Part shown: one piece after another, positions 26,348 to 38,927 of the stretch
Layout: every line of letters starts with the position of its first letter
Numbering within the stretch: the stretch's first letter is position 1
Program-made: the position numbers and the translations under genes
Source of the DNA: Antedon mediterranea
Lineage: Eukaryota; Animalia; Echinodermata
NCBI RefSeq assembly: GCF_964355755.1
Contig: NC_092674.1
Span: 10,416,001 to 10,480,000 of the forward strand
Length of the DNA: 64,000 nt
Direction: 5' to 3'
Notes under the pieces: model-generated
Told to the model about the DNA's origin: nothing
What the model saw: the letters and a program-made list of their open reading frames with translations, nothing else
The model's database searches: none

Positions 26348-27666
26348 TATGGGCGGCCATTAGGGCCAAAATAGACAAACGTTGCCGTACGAACAATTCC
26401 GCTCCCGTAAGGCAAACTAATGGGGTTAAAGACATAATTCCTCGAGTGACAAACAAATATTGCCGTATGGACACACAAACACATTGCCATATGAACAAAT
26501 TGCCGTATGCTTAAATTGGCGTAAGGACAAGCATTGGCGCAAGGACAAAAATTGCCGAAAGGACAAAATTGCCGAAAGGACAAAAATTGGCGTAAGGACA
26601 AAAATTGGCGTACGGTCTAACTAAATATAAACGTTGAGGGCAGCATAGTAATTTAAAACCACGTGACTGAAACCACTCTGTTGTGTGTCCAGTCCTGATG
26701 GGGAATAAAAACATAATCATGGAAGGCTTGTGTTAAGCTAGCCAACAATATAGGCCAGCCGACAATAAGCCAGCCCACTTTTATTTTTTCCAGCCAACAA
26801 TAACTATGAAACACCGTGCGATTGATTGTGTATTTTTTACATTTTCAGTGTTACTTATGGTTTTTATGGTATTAGAAATGAAATATTTGTGAGAAAACGG
26901 CGGATTGCTCCTGGGAGTCACTTGGTGGGATTATACTAGGGTACCTCCTTAGTCGTCCAGTATAAGTTAAAGTAGGACCGCTGGTCCCGTTTACTCAGCA
27001 TTTATCTTTTAAATCTGACTGTAACTCAATTACGATTTTTAATATTATAGTGAAATTTGATACTGTATTTGTGGGAAAACGGTGGATTGCTCCTGGGAGT
27101 TACTTGGTGGGATTATACTAGGGTACCTCCTTAGTCGTCCAGTATAAGTTAGCGTAGGACTGAAAATGTAAAAAATACACAAACGGTGTTTCATAGTTAT
27201 TGTTGGCTGGAAAAAATAAAGTGGGCTGGCTTATTGTCGGCTGGCCTATATTGTTGGCTAGCTTAACACAAGCCTTCCATGATTATGTTTTTATTCCCCA
27301 TCAGGACTGGACACACAGAGTGGTTTCAGTCACGTGGTTTTAAATTACTATTCTGCCCTCAACGTTTATATTTAGTTAGACTGTACGCCAATTTTTGTCC
27401 TTACGCCAATTTTTGTCCTTTCGGCAATTTTGTCCTTTCGGCAATTTTTGTCCTTACGCCAATTTTTGTCCTTACGCCAATGTTTGTCCTTACGCCAATT
27501 TAACCATATGGCAATTTGTTCATATGGCAATGTGTTTGTGTGTCCGTACGGCAATATTTGTTTGTCACTCGAGGAATTATGTCTTTAACGCCATTAGTTT
27601 GCCTTACGGGAGCGGAATTGTTCGTACGGCAACGTTTGTCTATTTTGGCCCTAATGGCCGCCCATA
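26348..27666. mobile_element. Foldback-like non-autonomous DNA transposon with ~500-bp TIRs (IS3EU-like)
   Basis: GGTTTA-[TATGGGCGGCC...GGCCGCCCATA]-GGTTTA; 6-bp TSD and TAY..RTA ends; ~18-bp tandem repeats in the arms; ~95-bp direct repeat in the spacer. Confidence 0.85.
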
Positions 27667-27975
27667 GGTTTAACACATACGGTAGGTAAATATATGGGCC
27701 GCTTTCCCATCCCTCAACCCTAATGTTACATACAAAACACAAATTGGGTTTCTTTAAATGAGTCCAAATCAAAAATTTGGACTCATTTTGTGATAAGTTT
27801 CTCCTTCGAAAGTAATTCCCAGGGTGCTAATTTTAGTTGACTACATAAATCATCGTGTCTATTTATTCGTTTCTGTAAACGACAATGTATTGTAGTCCTG
27901 CGGTAGGTACATTTGAAATCGCCAGTTGTGTTACGCTGAAATTACTGTGTATTCGAGAACCATCTGTGGGCACAA

Positions 27976-28013
27976 CCTAGATGGTACGCTCGCTTCGCTC
28001 GCGTACCATCTAG
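27976..28013. repeat. Short perfect hairpin CTAGATGGTACGC-11 nt-GCGTACCATCTAG
   Basis: 13-bp stem with a GCTTCGC-containing loop. Confidence 0.8.
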
Positions 28014-28142
28014 TTATAGTAATTAATACAAATAATAATAATGCATAGTGAAATTCACCGAATGACATTATTTGTACCATTCAATGTATAACGAATTAAC
28101 ATATTTACATGTACTGATGATACAATACAATCAAATCTTTAA

Positions 28143-28478
28143 AATGTATTGTCCACCTGAAAAAATAATTCTTAAAAAAATGTTTGTTGAATATTCCATT
28201 TTATTGTAACATAATAGTTATCCACAAAATTAGATAAAAAAAAATGTATTTACCTGAAAAAATGTAATTTAATGGAAAAAATGGTCAAATTGGCTGCCAG
28301 CCAATGGATTTTTGGTTGAATTTAACCATTTATTTTTTCATTTTATAAGTGAAAACATTATTTTTTTTTTTTTTTTTTTTCTATGGAAGTGATTAACTTT
28401 ATTAAAACTACAAAATAACATATTCAAAGTCTGATTTAATTAATCTTCATTTTCATGTTTTTGGGGGACAATACATCT
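28143..28478. mobile_element. Kolobok-like MITE, family A short form
   Basis: TTAA flanks; near-identical to 47500-47837. Confidence 0.85.
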
Positions 28479-30529
28479 TTAAACAATTTCTTTTTAAATA
28501 AACCTAAAGTACTACAGTACAGACAGTACACTGATTTATAATTCAATTGCTTATTCCAACAGTATACTTGATATTAATGAGGATAAAATACCACCAAAAG
28601 CTGGGGATAATAATAATAAGTTTGTCTCCAAAACGGAAGTCAAAACAATACAGAGTATTGTTCACTTCTCGTTTTTCAAACCAATAATCAATGCACTGTA
28701 TTACAGTGTACTTTAAGCCTTCTAGAACGATACTACAGTAATATCAGGTATAACCTTTAACAAAGGAACACATCTAAACAACAATATTATGCTCATGGTC
28801 ACCAGTATCAAAAATAAGTACAGAACCAAAACTGAATGGTCAATAGTTTAGTTTGACCGGAAAAATATTTTAGCAAAACAAAATCTCTAAACAATGTCAA
28901 AACAAAGGAAGTACTATCATGAGGAAAAAAGCAGTTGAAGACAATTTATTCTGGTGAATCTTTCTGGAAAAACGTTATTTGGCACAATTTGATGATAAAC
29001 ACTGATTTTTGAAGTCAGTAAAAGAAATTTGTAAATGTTTCCTTTGCAAAGAATCTTTCATTCAGGAAAACAAATAGTAAATATGTACAGTAATCAAAAT
29101 ATTATATGTGCAGCATAAATAAACCAGGTTTATTGATCGTGAGATTCGGTTTTTACAAGGTTTTTTTCTTGCAGACTTTCTTTTAAGATTCAAGATTGAT
29201 ATTTAAATAATTAATGTTCCTAATTTGTACATTGAGACTTTTAACATATGTGACGGGAGTTGCAATAATGGTAAATACAGTATAGCGGCACAGCATTGAT
29301 CTTATGACCAAAGTACAGCATCATTAGTACAATGACCATTTATCTATAAAGGTGTAATTTCAACGTATAGAACAAGATAATAATGTGTACAAGTTAGCAT
29401 GACAGATATTAACAGTCCACATTCTAAGGTGCATCGGTTCTAGCCTTTTAGTTAGTATGCTACAGTATGTCAAAGTAAGGGCGAAATATCGGGCTACAGT
29501 TAGCTCCCAGATGCAAAGCTATAGTTTGTTTGGTCCAGTACCCTAGGTTTTCTTAGGCTCAAATCAAACACTGCCATCAGCACATGTTCAGCGTTCTAGG
29601 TATGAATGACAGGCTTGTGATCTGGAGGTTGTGGGTTGGAATCCCACCTAAAAGTGCTCACTACGTCTTGCGCATTCAGTACAAATACAATGATATATCA
29701 GAGTAGGGTAAAAAACATCTGATTTGATACCAGATGATTACAATGCCATACTTATAGTTCTTTCTCTCTATATTTGCACTCGGAACACAATGATAAGGTT
29801 AAATGAGTCAACAATTACCAGTTAAAGCATGTTGATTGCATTGTGTTTGATGATACCGTTGTTAAACTCAAATTTAGATTGACCACAGATTAAATAGACC
29901 TGATTTTATTTGTTTAATACATCTACAGTAGAAATATATGGGCCAACGGTGCAGTTTATCATTTAATATTATACTGATTGTTTTTGGTGTTTGATGCTTA
30001 AATTTACTGTATTGTAATGAACATAGATTAGATTATTTGGTGTTTGATACTCAACTGTACTGTAATATAATGAGACTAGATTAGAATTTGCTTAGATACG
30101 TCAGTATTTGTTTAAAATGCTCTTGTTAGGCTTCAAAGTTTTCCTACACAGCTATGTACAGTTACTGCAGGTCTACAGTTAGTTAATCGGAAGGTGAATT
30201 CCTTTCAATTGTACAATAATGATTATCATTTTCACCGTTGCTACTGCTAGAATCCAGTTTGGACTTATTATGACTTTAGATTTGAAGGGAGAGGGGTTAT
30301 ATGTTTATGCATTATTATATTAACAAAAGCATTCTGCTCTAAAATTCATTGCAGCTGTCAAGGGGAATGCCTTCTACAAACCCCCCTGGATCCATCCCTG
30401 ACATTGACAATAGATAGACGAACAACAACTGTAGATATTTTAGGGATACTCATTGATTTGTTTATTGTTTACTGTACTATAGGCTTACAACTGTACCTGA
30501 CAACAAGACTAGAAAGGTAACATACTTAC

Positions 30530-30848
30530 ATTTAAGAGTTGCAAATGCTAAGTCATAAATCCGTCTCTTTGTTTGTTCATCTGTTACTGGTATCTTGGCC
30601 GGCAAGGGAATCGGTTGGGTATCCACATCTAAAACGAGTCTCTCGCTCTTCTTAGCTGGTCTTAGGCCGGCAAACACTTGACCAGCATGCAGGTATATTA
30701 CGTGGTGTGTGTCGCTTCCCCCTTCATTATAAATATTTTCATTGGCTTCCATCGTGTCATGCAGAAGAGCTTTTCTAGGGGTAAATAGACTGTACCTTCT
30801 AGGCCCTACTAGGGTTCCTCCCACATGTCTAAGATTGTGTAATGACAT
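30530..30848 (-). CDS. NSUN7: NSUN7-like first coding exon (MSLHNLR...RIYDLAFATLK)
   Basis: YDLAFATLKY matches the NSUN7 YELAF.ALKY motif; gtaagt donor. Confidence 0.85.
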
Positions 30849-31705
30849 GGCTTGGGTAGTTTCTATGTAGATATGGTAAATAGGCTCATGAATATTAATA
30901 TTGGAGGCGGTCTATTTACTCAATCAAGGCCAATGTACCTATTCACACACACTGTCGAATTATCAAAGTTCACTCACGATTGGTTAGTTGTTCAGATTCA
31001 TCTCTGGAAGAAACCATTTGAAAAGAGGTAAAAATAACAGTAGAAAATAGATGGCAGCATCATTATATATTTTTATATATTAATTTCAAATATTTGATTT
31101 TGACAGTAAGACTCAAAATCCGAAATTAAATAAAAAACATCTCTAAATAATAATCAAATGAGTTTCTAAATCTATTGAATGTATTAACCTAAAATAAACA
31201 ATGATACTCTTGATAAATTTAAATTAAATTGTCATTAGTGTTCAAAATTAATGACAGAGAAACCGTCATTACAGATTGATTTTAAAGGATCTTATAACAA
31301 TTGCTAGATTAAGATGTTAATCGGTCTGAAGGTTACTGCCAAGTAAGAGGTCTGTCTTGTCATGTGTAGCAAAATGAATGTAATCAGGAATCTATGTCTA
31401 GTAAATTCACATAGCCTGCCCTAGTTTATTAATCTTTAGAAGATATTGATTTTTAAAAGGTGCTTATAAAAGCATGGTTATCATAAAGAAATTGTTAAAA
31501 AAAAAACATGCCTCTCTATACTACTAGGCAAAAAATACAATGGTGAGCATTCATATTTGATAAAGATGATGGTGAGAACAGCAAAAATGTACCGATGGGT
31601 TTTAAACCCAGGCCTAATGAATTTTACGAACCTGAACTGAAGCCATTTCACTAGATTACAGTGCTAGGTCCCTCTAGGTAGGGTGTACAGTAAGGCTCTC
31701 CAGCC

Positions 31706-32783
31706 GGGTGTTACGAAAGCTCAGACCACGAAAGCTCAGACCCCCTAAGACCTAAGATCACGAAAGCTAAGACCCAACACCTAAGATTACAAATACTAAG
31801 ATATACTACAGATTAAAAACAATACTTGTTAATCCATACATAATTTTAAACACAGTAGGTTTCATTTATTACCATAAATATAATTTAATACTACCGCAAA
31901 ACATAGATAAACTCACATTATTTTCGCCCGTTGAGTAAATGTATATTTTTTCTTTACAACAAACAAACTTGACGGGTTGTTTGTTGGTATATATTTACTC
32001 CATTGTGTTGGTTCAGAGGATGTTTTTCTTACGCACCTGCCTTTCTTGTATTTTGACTCCAAATTTGTTGACTAACTTTATCCTGAACACCACACTTTAA
32101 AATTAGGACTTATAAGTACTTTCAGAAGGAGAAACACATAATAACAAATAAATAAATCCTTTAAATTGATGATTTTACATATGTGTTTCTTTGTATACTG
32201 TAATGTAACTCCTCGAGCTCCCACCATGCTCAATGTTTTTGTTTCCATGGAGCGCCAAAAGAGCAACAATAATAGTACAAGCATAAAAATAGAAAGAAAA
32301 CGAAACAAAAAAACTTATCATGATTTTTAAATTAAAATTTATTTGCCAGTATTTATTTCTTCGTACTTGCATGATTATACTATTATCATTACAATTTTAA
32401 TTTTACATTGTTCCATCCACACTGTAGATGGACTCCACAGAGTTTTCAGCCCTCTATATAATTTTTGCTCTTTTGACGTTCCATAGAAACAAAAACATTG
32501 AACATGGGGTAGGCCTACTGTAGTACTGTAGGCTAGTCATTTTGTGTGCGAGAAAAACGTCTGTAAAATCATCAATTTAAAAATGTATTTGTTACTTTTT
32601 ATGTGATTCTTTTTCATGAAAGTGCCAATTCTAAGGTGTGGTATTCAGAATAAATGTTGGGAGTTAAAATACAAGGCAGGTGCGAAAGATAAATATTTGT
32701 AACCTTAGGTGTTGGGTCTTAGCTTTCGTGATCTTAGGTCTTAGGGGGTCTGAGCTTTCGTGGTCTGAGCTTTCGTGACACCC
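31706..32783. mobile_element. MULE-like non-autonomous element with 10-bp TSD
   Basis: CTCTCCAGCC-[GGGTGTTACGAAAGC...GCTTTCGTGACACCC]-CTCTCCAGCC; ~90-bp TIRs made of CGAAAGCTCAGACC repeats. Confidence 0.85.
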
Positions 32784-33424
32784 CTCTCCAGCCTCTACTT
32801 AAGCCTAGCACTTATGCCTATAGTAGTACTACTGTAGGCCTACCTTTAGTTAGATTCTCCTACCCTTGGCTTAGGAGAGAGTAGTTAAACTTGGGGATAA
32901 GGTTTATCGCAAATTGCTTGATTTCGAGAGGAACATCATTGAATAGTGCATAATGGGAAGGGTTTGGGAGCAAACGTCACGATGCGTACATACAAATCAT
33001 GTGTGTACCCGTCATGCGTTGCACACACTATTTGCAATAAAGTGGCAGGAGTAACTTATGCACTTGTTAATTGTATGACACTATATATATGGCCCGGTGC
33101 GTAATTTGTCCGATGTGTGTCAAACCTTGGCGTACCCGTGGGCCAAAAATACCTTACGTATTACCTTACGTGACTATACGCACCCATTTTGACGCAATGT
33201 GACCATGTGGTTTATGATATGGTGGGTGGTAAAGAAAACACACCATTTTTAATTGATGTGACGTACCATATAGGTTTTTGCAGCAATTATTTGTAGACGC
33301 ATCCATGACGCACCTCTCCTGGAGATCGTATAGTGGGTCATACAAACAATTGACAAGAAAGTGCATACACCTTTTTCTCGAAACGAATCACATCTTCCAT
33401 CGATAACAAACACTAAGCTGTGCA

Positions 33425-34706
33425 CACCAGCGGGGGGGGCTACGGGGGCTCTAGCCCCCTCGTCGGGGAGCCTAGCCCCCCCCCCCCCCAACACAGGTAC
33501 TTTTTGTCGGGGAATATAATATACAGTAAAAAGCGTTCGCGTTCACTTCGTAGCTAGCTTCAGCGCCTAGAAAACCGCGACGTTTCATTGACCGTGAGAG
33601 TAGGCCTACGTCAGAGTGATATTATGCACTTTATATGCATTCATTATTGCCAGCGATCTAACTTACTACTAAACAATAGCTAGGTTCGCACTTGTCTGGC
33701 GGTATCCCTTTGTACGAATCGTTCAACGTTGGGTCGAGACGCGTGATATCATGTTCCATCCAGGGACCAAAATGTGTACTGTAGTTATTTTACAGGCGAA
33801 TTTTACTGACGGTTACGTCGTGTACTGCATCGACGTACGCTACACTACAGCAAAAACGAATTACGTTAATTGTTCGTATGTTCACCAATTTTTTTAATTT
33901 ACAAGTAACCTTCTGTACCGTGGGGCACCTAAAATAAATTTTTCATCCATTACTAAACAAAACAACATGCCATTTTCGCTTAGCCAACATCTTATTATAG
34001 CTAAGTTATTACATTTTCAATGTCCTGTATGTCATGAATTTCTCACCACTCGGAAGTCCAGATGGTACGCACGCATACACTTGGGAGGAATAAACTTATT
34101 TGCCCGACTGAAAAAGGTCTACGCTTGCGTTTTTTAAGCCTCTAGGCCTGATGTTTCCGAAGTATAAAATGCAATTTTTTGAAGACCTGCAGCTCTAGTT
34201 TTAAACAGTTTCTTAGCTCAGCCCCAACAATAAAGCTGGTCATATTTCGAAGTACAAGAAGTGCATTTTCCGGGACCTAACATCTCTATTTTTCAAACAT
34301 TTCTTAGCTCAGTCACAACCTTTTGATAGGGACTTGATATATTTTGTTTCATGTTTTGAAGTATAATAAGTCCAATTTCCGGGACCTCCAACTCTATTTT
34401 TCTAAATTTTCTTTGAACTTTTATTTTTTAAATTGAAAAATATGGATTAAAACAGTCATCGCGCATCGTTTTTTTGCACGCAGTATTTTATTTATGCATT
34501 ATAAAAAATGGAAAAAATGGCTACCCTAAATCTGATTAAAATGACCTCAAATGACGCTAGAACGCGTTGCTTCCGGGGGCTTCGCCCCCTCGACCCCAAC
34601 CGGGGGCCCTTGGCGGCCCCCAGCCTAGTGATGCTCGCTTCGCTCGCATAGCCCCCTCGTCGGGAAATGTAGCCCCTGCGTCGGGAAGATCCTGGCGCCA
34701 CCCCTG
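33425..34706. mobile_element. hAT-like non-autonomous element with 8-bp TSD
   Basis: GCTGTGCA on both sides; right end CCTGGCGCCACCCCTG; left end CA.. partly deleted; GC-rich GGGGCTTCGCCCC hairpins. Confidence 0.7.
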
Positions 34707-35129
34707 GCTGTGCAGGGAAGTATAACCAACAAAATAACTAACATAGCGCGGTAATCATATTTTCGGGGGGACAAGTTACTTAAAAATTCATACATAATGG
34801 ACACTCGTATAGCTAACATTTTTTACTTTAATATAAAATTAGGGTCAGGTGCCGTTTTCGGCCACCTCGACTTATATGGACTATACCATTATTATAATAG
34901 GGGTGTGGTGTATTATGTTTTACTGTATGTAGAGAAGGGTGTCTATTAAATGGGAAGACAATACAATTGTTCTGTTATGTAACCTACAGTACAAACTACA
35001 AGGAACAATACAGAACATCAAAAACTAGCAATACTTTTTATAAGGCATGTTAATATTATTAGGTACTATGTTACGGAATGCCAAGATTTTGTAACAATAT
35101 TACTATATTACCTATATAAGATACTAACT

Positions 35130-36450
35130 AAACTAAACACTATACAGGATACATACATAAAATCGGAATTAAAACATGTTAAACTACAATACAACTAAGC
35201 TAAATACTACAGTACAATCGAAATCAACATATTAAAAAATACAGTACAATCGGAGGCGCTAGTTCCGTTTCACACCTGTTTTTATTTCGACTTCCTTTTG
35301 ACTCCAAATTGTTAAGCAACTTATTGTGAATACCACACCTTAAAATTGGGCCTCATAAGTACTTTTATGAAGAAGAATCACATAAAAAGTAACAAATAAA
35401 TCCTTAAATTGATGATTTTACAGACGTGTTTCTCGCATACCGTTCGCCGCGAATTTAGCATACTCGAAGTTCAATATTTTCGTTTCTATGGAGCGCCAAA
35501 AGAGCAACAACAATAGATGGTTAAAACCTCAGTGGAATGCGTCTTCTTTTAATGCATTTATTATTGAAATACACGTTTAATTTTAATATATTTTGTCAAT
35601 AAAAATGCTGTAACATTTTACTGCTAATAATTTGCTGTTTTCAAATAGCAACCAACCCTAGGCCTAAGAGTAAGACTAAGACTAAGAGGCATATTATTTA
35701 GATTAAGGTATACCCCTACAGTAATATGATGAATTTGTCGATTTTCATTCCTAAAAGCTCCTGCAAAAACCATGTACAGTATCAACAGTAATATTTTTGT
35801 TGCATTGACGTTGACAAAATATGATAAAATTAAACGTAATTTTTACCAATAAATGCATTAAATATACGAAATTTACTGAGTTTTTAGCCCTCTATTATGA
35901 TTGCTCTTTTGGCGCTCCATAGAAACAACAACATTGAACATGGAGTATGCGAAATTAACGAACCGATGTGCGAGAAACACGTCTGTAAATTCATCAATTT
36001 AAAGGATTTATTTTTTACTTTTTGTGTGATCTCCTTCGTAAAAGTATTTTTGAGGCCTAATTCTAAGGTGTGGTACTCACGATAAAGTTACTTAACCAAT
36101 TTTGAGTCGAAATAAACGACAGGTGCGAAACGGAACTAGCGCCCAATCGGAATTAAAACATCCTAAATACACTACAATACAACTAAACTAAATGCTACAG
36201 TACAATACAATCGAAATTAAAACATATTAAAAACTAAAGTACAATCGGAATTAAAACATCCTAAATACTACAATACAATCGGAAAACATCCTAAATACTA
36301 CAATACAACTAAACTAAATGCTACAGTACAATCGAAATCAAAACATATTAAAAACTACAGTACAATCAGAATTTAAACATCCTAATACTACAATACAATC
36401 GGAATTAAAACATGTTAAACTACAAAACAACTTAACTAAATATCACAATC
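35130..36450. repeat. Degenerate tandem repeat (CAATCGGAATTAAAACAT...ACTACA) split by a MITE
   Basis: Units lie on both sides of the 35255-36143 insertion. Confidence 0.75.
35255..36143. mobile_element. Merlin-like MITE with long TIRs and 8-bp TSD
   Basis: CAATCGGA-[GGCGCTAGTTCCGTTTC...GAAACGGAACTAGCGCC]-CAATCGGA. Confidence 0.85.
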
Positions 36451-36689
36451 GGACGAACATAATTAAAGATTTATTGACATAATTATATGTTTTTTGTTTG
36501 TTTTACTGATCACCTGAATACATTTACATTTAATGCTAAATGTAAAAAAAAAATGTATACAGAAGCAAAATGGTAACATAATTATGTATTTTTGTTTTAC
36601 GTCAACTCGGCTATACTAGTTGAACTTATAACAACGATTATTCTCTGTACCTTTTTATTATTCGATTTAACGATTATTGTGGTAACAAT

Positions 36690-37200
36690 TTTCTTTAAGA
36701 AATATTAAGGATTGATTTTCGAAAACATTAATCTGACAGTATACATTAATTAAAGGAAAGGAAGTAGAGATTGTTAACAATTATATGTATCTGGGAGTAC
36801 TAGTAGTGTTTGGCTAAAGCTTAAATGGGTGGAAGTTGACCACAGTTAAGAATTTACACAGTAAATACAAGGCTGTACTGCTTAAGGAAACTCGGTTAGT
36901 TTGGGCATGGAGGTATAAAAAAGATTTTTTTTTTATACCTCCATGGTTTGGGGTACTATACAGTATAATGTTTATGTGTTAGGCCTACTAATCAGTGATG
37001 TTCTATTTGGGGGTATTGTATGTTGGGCTGGGAATATCAGTAAGGGCATGTAAGGAGGATAAAGACCAAATTATTTATTTATTCTGTCTTTATACTGAAT
37101 GACACTTTCAGTGCTAAAAAAAGGTAACTATCTACCAAAACATACAGTACTGTATAATATTGGAAGACACCAATCATCCTCTTCATGGCGACATTATCAG
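36690..37200 (+). pseudogene. Decayed LINE reverse-transcriptase C-terminal fragment
   Basis: Remnants IDFRK...KGKEVEIVNNYMYLGV...CWAGN, with frameshifts. Confidence 0.55.
36906..36945. mobile_element. 40-bp hairpin micro-insertion with 7-bp TSD
   Basis: GTTTGGG-[CATGGAGGTATAAAAAAGATTTTTTTTTTATACCTCCATG]-GTTTGGG. Confidence 0.85.
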
Positions 37201-38024
37201 CTCTGTCTTGCAATCGTTATTATAATGTTTTGATGCAAACATTGTTCAATTAGAATGTATTTCTACACAGAAACATTAGAAGTTTTAGAAAAACCACACC
37301 TAAAAACACGCAATTTCAAATGTTTCGATTACATTTAACAAATGTTTTGTATTTGCTGGGAACAAAATGGTACAGATTCATTGACATAATTATAATGTTT
37401 ATTTGTTTTACTGATTACCTAATAATCAGTATGTGATAGATTTGATTAAATGTACTACTGTCATGTGTCTTTGATAAATTATTTTTTTAATTTGTAACTG
37501 GAAGCAAAACTAATTTCTTTATATACTTTCTGTATCTATAAATCAATATCCACCTAATATCCATATTAGGGAAGGATACCTAAAAAATTATATAGAAATA
37601 AAGAGCAATAAAGGAACTGTATTAACTTGAAAACTGCAATTAATTTTACAGTGTGCAGGGCGTAGTTGTTTTCCCTTTGTTGCTGAAACATAATGCACTA
37701 AACAAAAGAACAATAGCAGCAGTATTTTAACACATTAGCACACTCAATTAATAAATGGGACACCCCTATTTTCCCATCTTTTTATAATGGTATAGTCCAT
37801 ACAAGTCGAGGTGGCCGAAAACGGCATCTGATCCTAAAATTATCCTACACAACTGTCTTTTTGTTTTTGTGCGACTCCGTTTCGTAAAAAAGGCGATTAC
37901 AATTTATTAAATTCTACAATCAATGACAAAGCCTAATTTCTGATTAGTTGCCCATCCTAAATCACAAAATAAGGTTTCTATAACAAAATGCATCCGACTA
38001 GGCCTACCGCAATGTGTCCGGGCA

Positions 38025-38927
38025 GCGATTTTTTTTTTCGTACATAAGTTGGGGACCCCCTCATGAAACGTCACAAAATAAACATGAATAATTCATCAGT
38101 TAAATTTTCTTGTTCCGTGTGCACCCAAGCGTATAGCAACAAGAAGTGATTGTGATTACAGTAGTTTACACTGTACAAGTGCGGTACGATTCTAGGCCTA
38201 TCTCCGCTGTGGTTGCCGCGTGCGATTTCATAATAGAATAGCGGCGTTTTGTGTGGATTGTCGAAATAATCAGCCTTTAGTTTATGGTGTGTTTAATATA
38301 ATTTATTACTAAAGAATTACGTGTTAAAATTATAGTTTCTATTGATACTATTAGGCCTAATTACTATTCTCTAAACCCATGTCTATTCTAGTAGTAGCTG
38401 TGTTGGTGTGTGTGTGTTAGAGTCAGCAAAATTAAACAATACACATTACACAAAAATACATTTTTTATTCTCGTGGGTCTAACCTTCCCATCTCATGTGT
38501 TCATATACGCGCAGTTCCTTTGATTACATGCATATTGTTTGATAATAAAATAGCAGAATTAAAAAAATACAGTACACAAATTATACACATTCTTTATTCT
38601 TGTGGGTCTAAGCTTTCTTTGGGCTATGGCCAATGAATTACTACTTAGTGTAATATCTTGCCTAGCTGTCGATTAGCCTCGACTCGACACATTTTGCATC
38701 TAGTGGTGTGTGTGTGTGTGAAGAAGAGTGCGCGAAGGCAATCACGTGAATTGACTTAGAATCCTAGGCCTACTGTAAAAGTATCGTATCGCAGTTGTGT
38801 AATCACTTCTTGTTGCTATACGCTTGGGTGCACACGGAACAAGAAAATTTAACTGATGAATTATTCATGTTTATTTTGTGACGTTTCATGAGGGGGTCCC
38901 CAACTTATGTACGAAAAAAAAAATCGC
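38025..38927. mobile_element. MULE-like MITE with ~130-bp TIRs and 9-bp TSD
   Basis: GTCCGGGCA-[GCGATTTTT...AAAAATCGC]-GTCCGGGCA. Confidence 0.9.

Larger units (their letters stand above)
34842..37834. mobile_element. 3-kb composite TIR element with 8-bp TSD (Merlin/MULE-like)
   Basis: TAAAATTA-[GGGTCAGGTGCCGTTTTCGGCCACCTCGAC...GTCGAGGTGGCCGAAAACGGCATCTGATCC]-TAAAATTA; ~55-bp TIRs. Confidence 0.8.

Noticed and set aside
26241-27772. Cluster of mirrored ORFs with PYANFC repeats
   Set aside because: By-products of the long inverted arms and 18-bp repeats.
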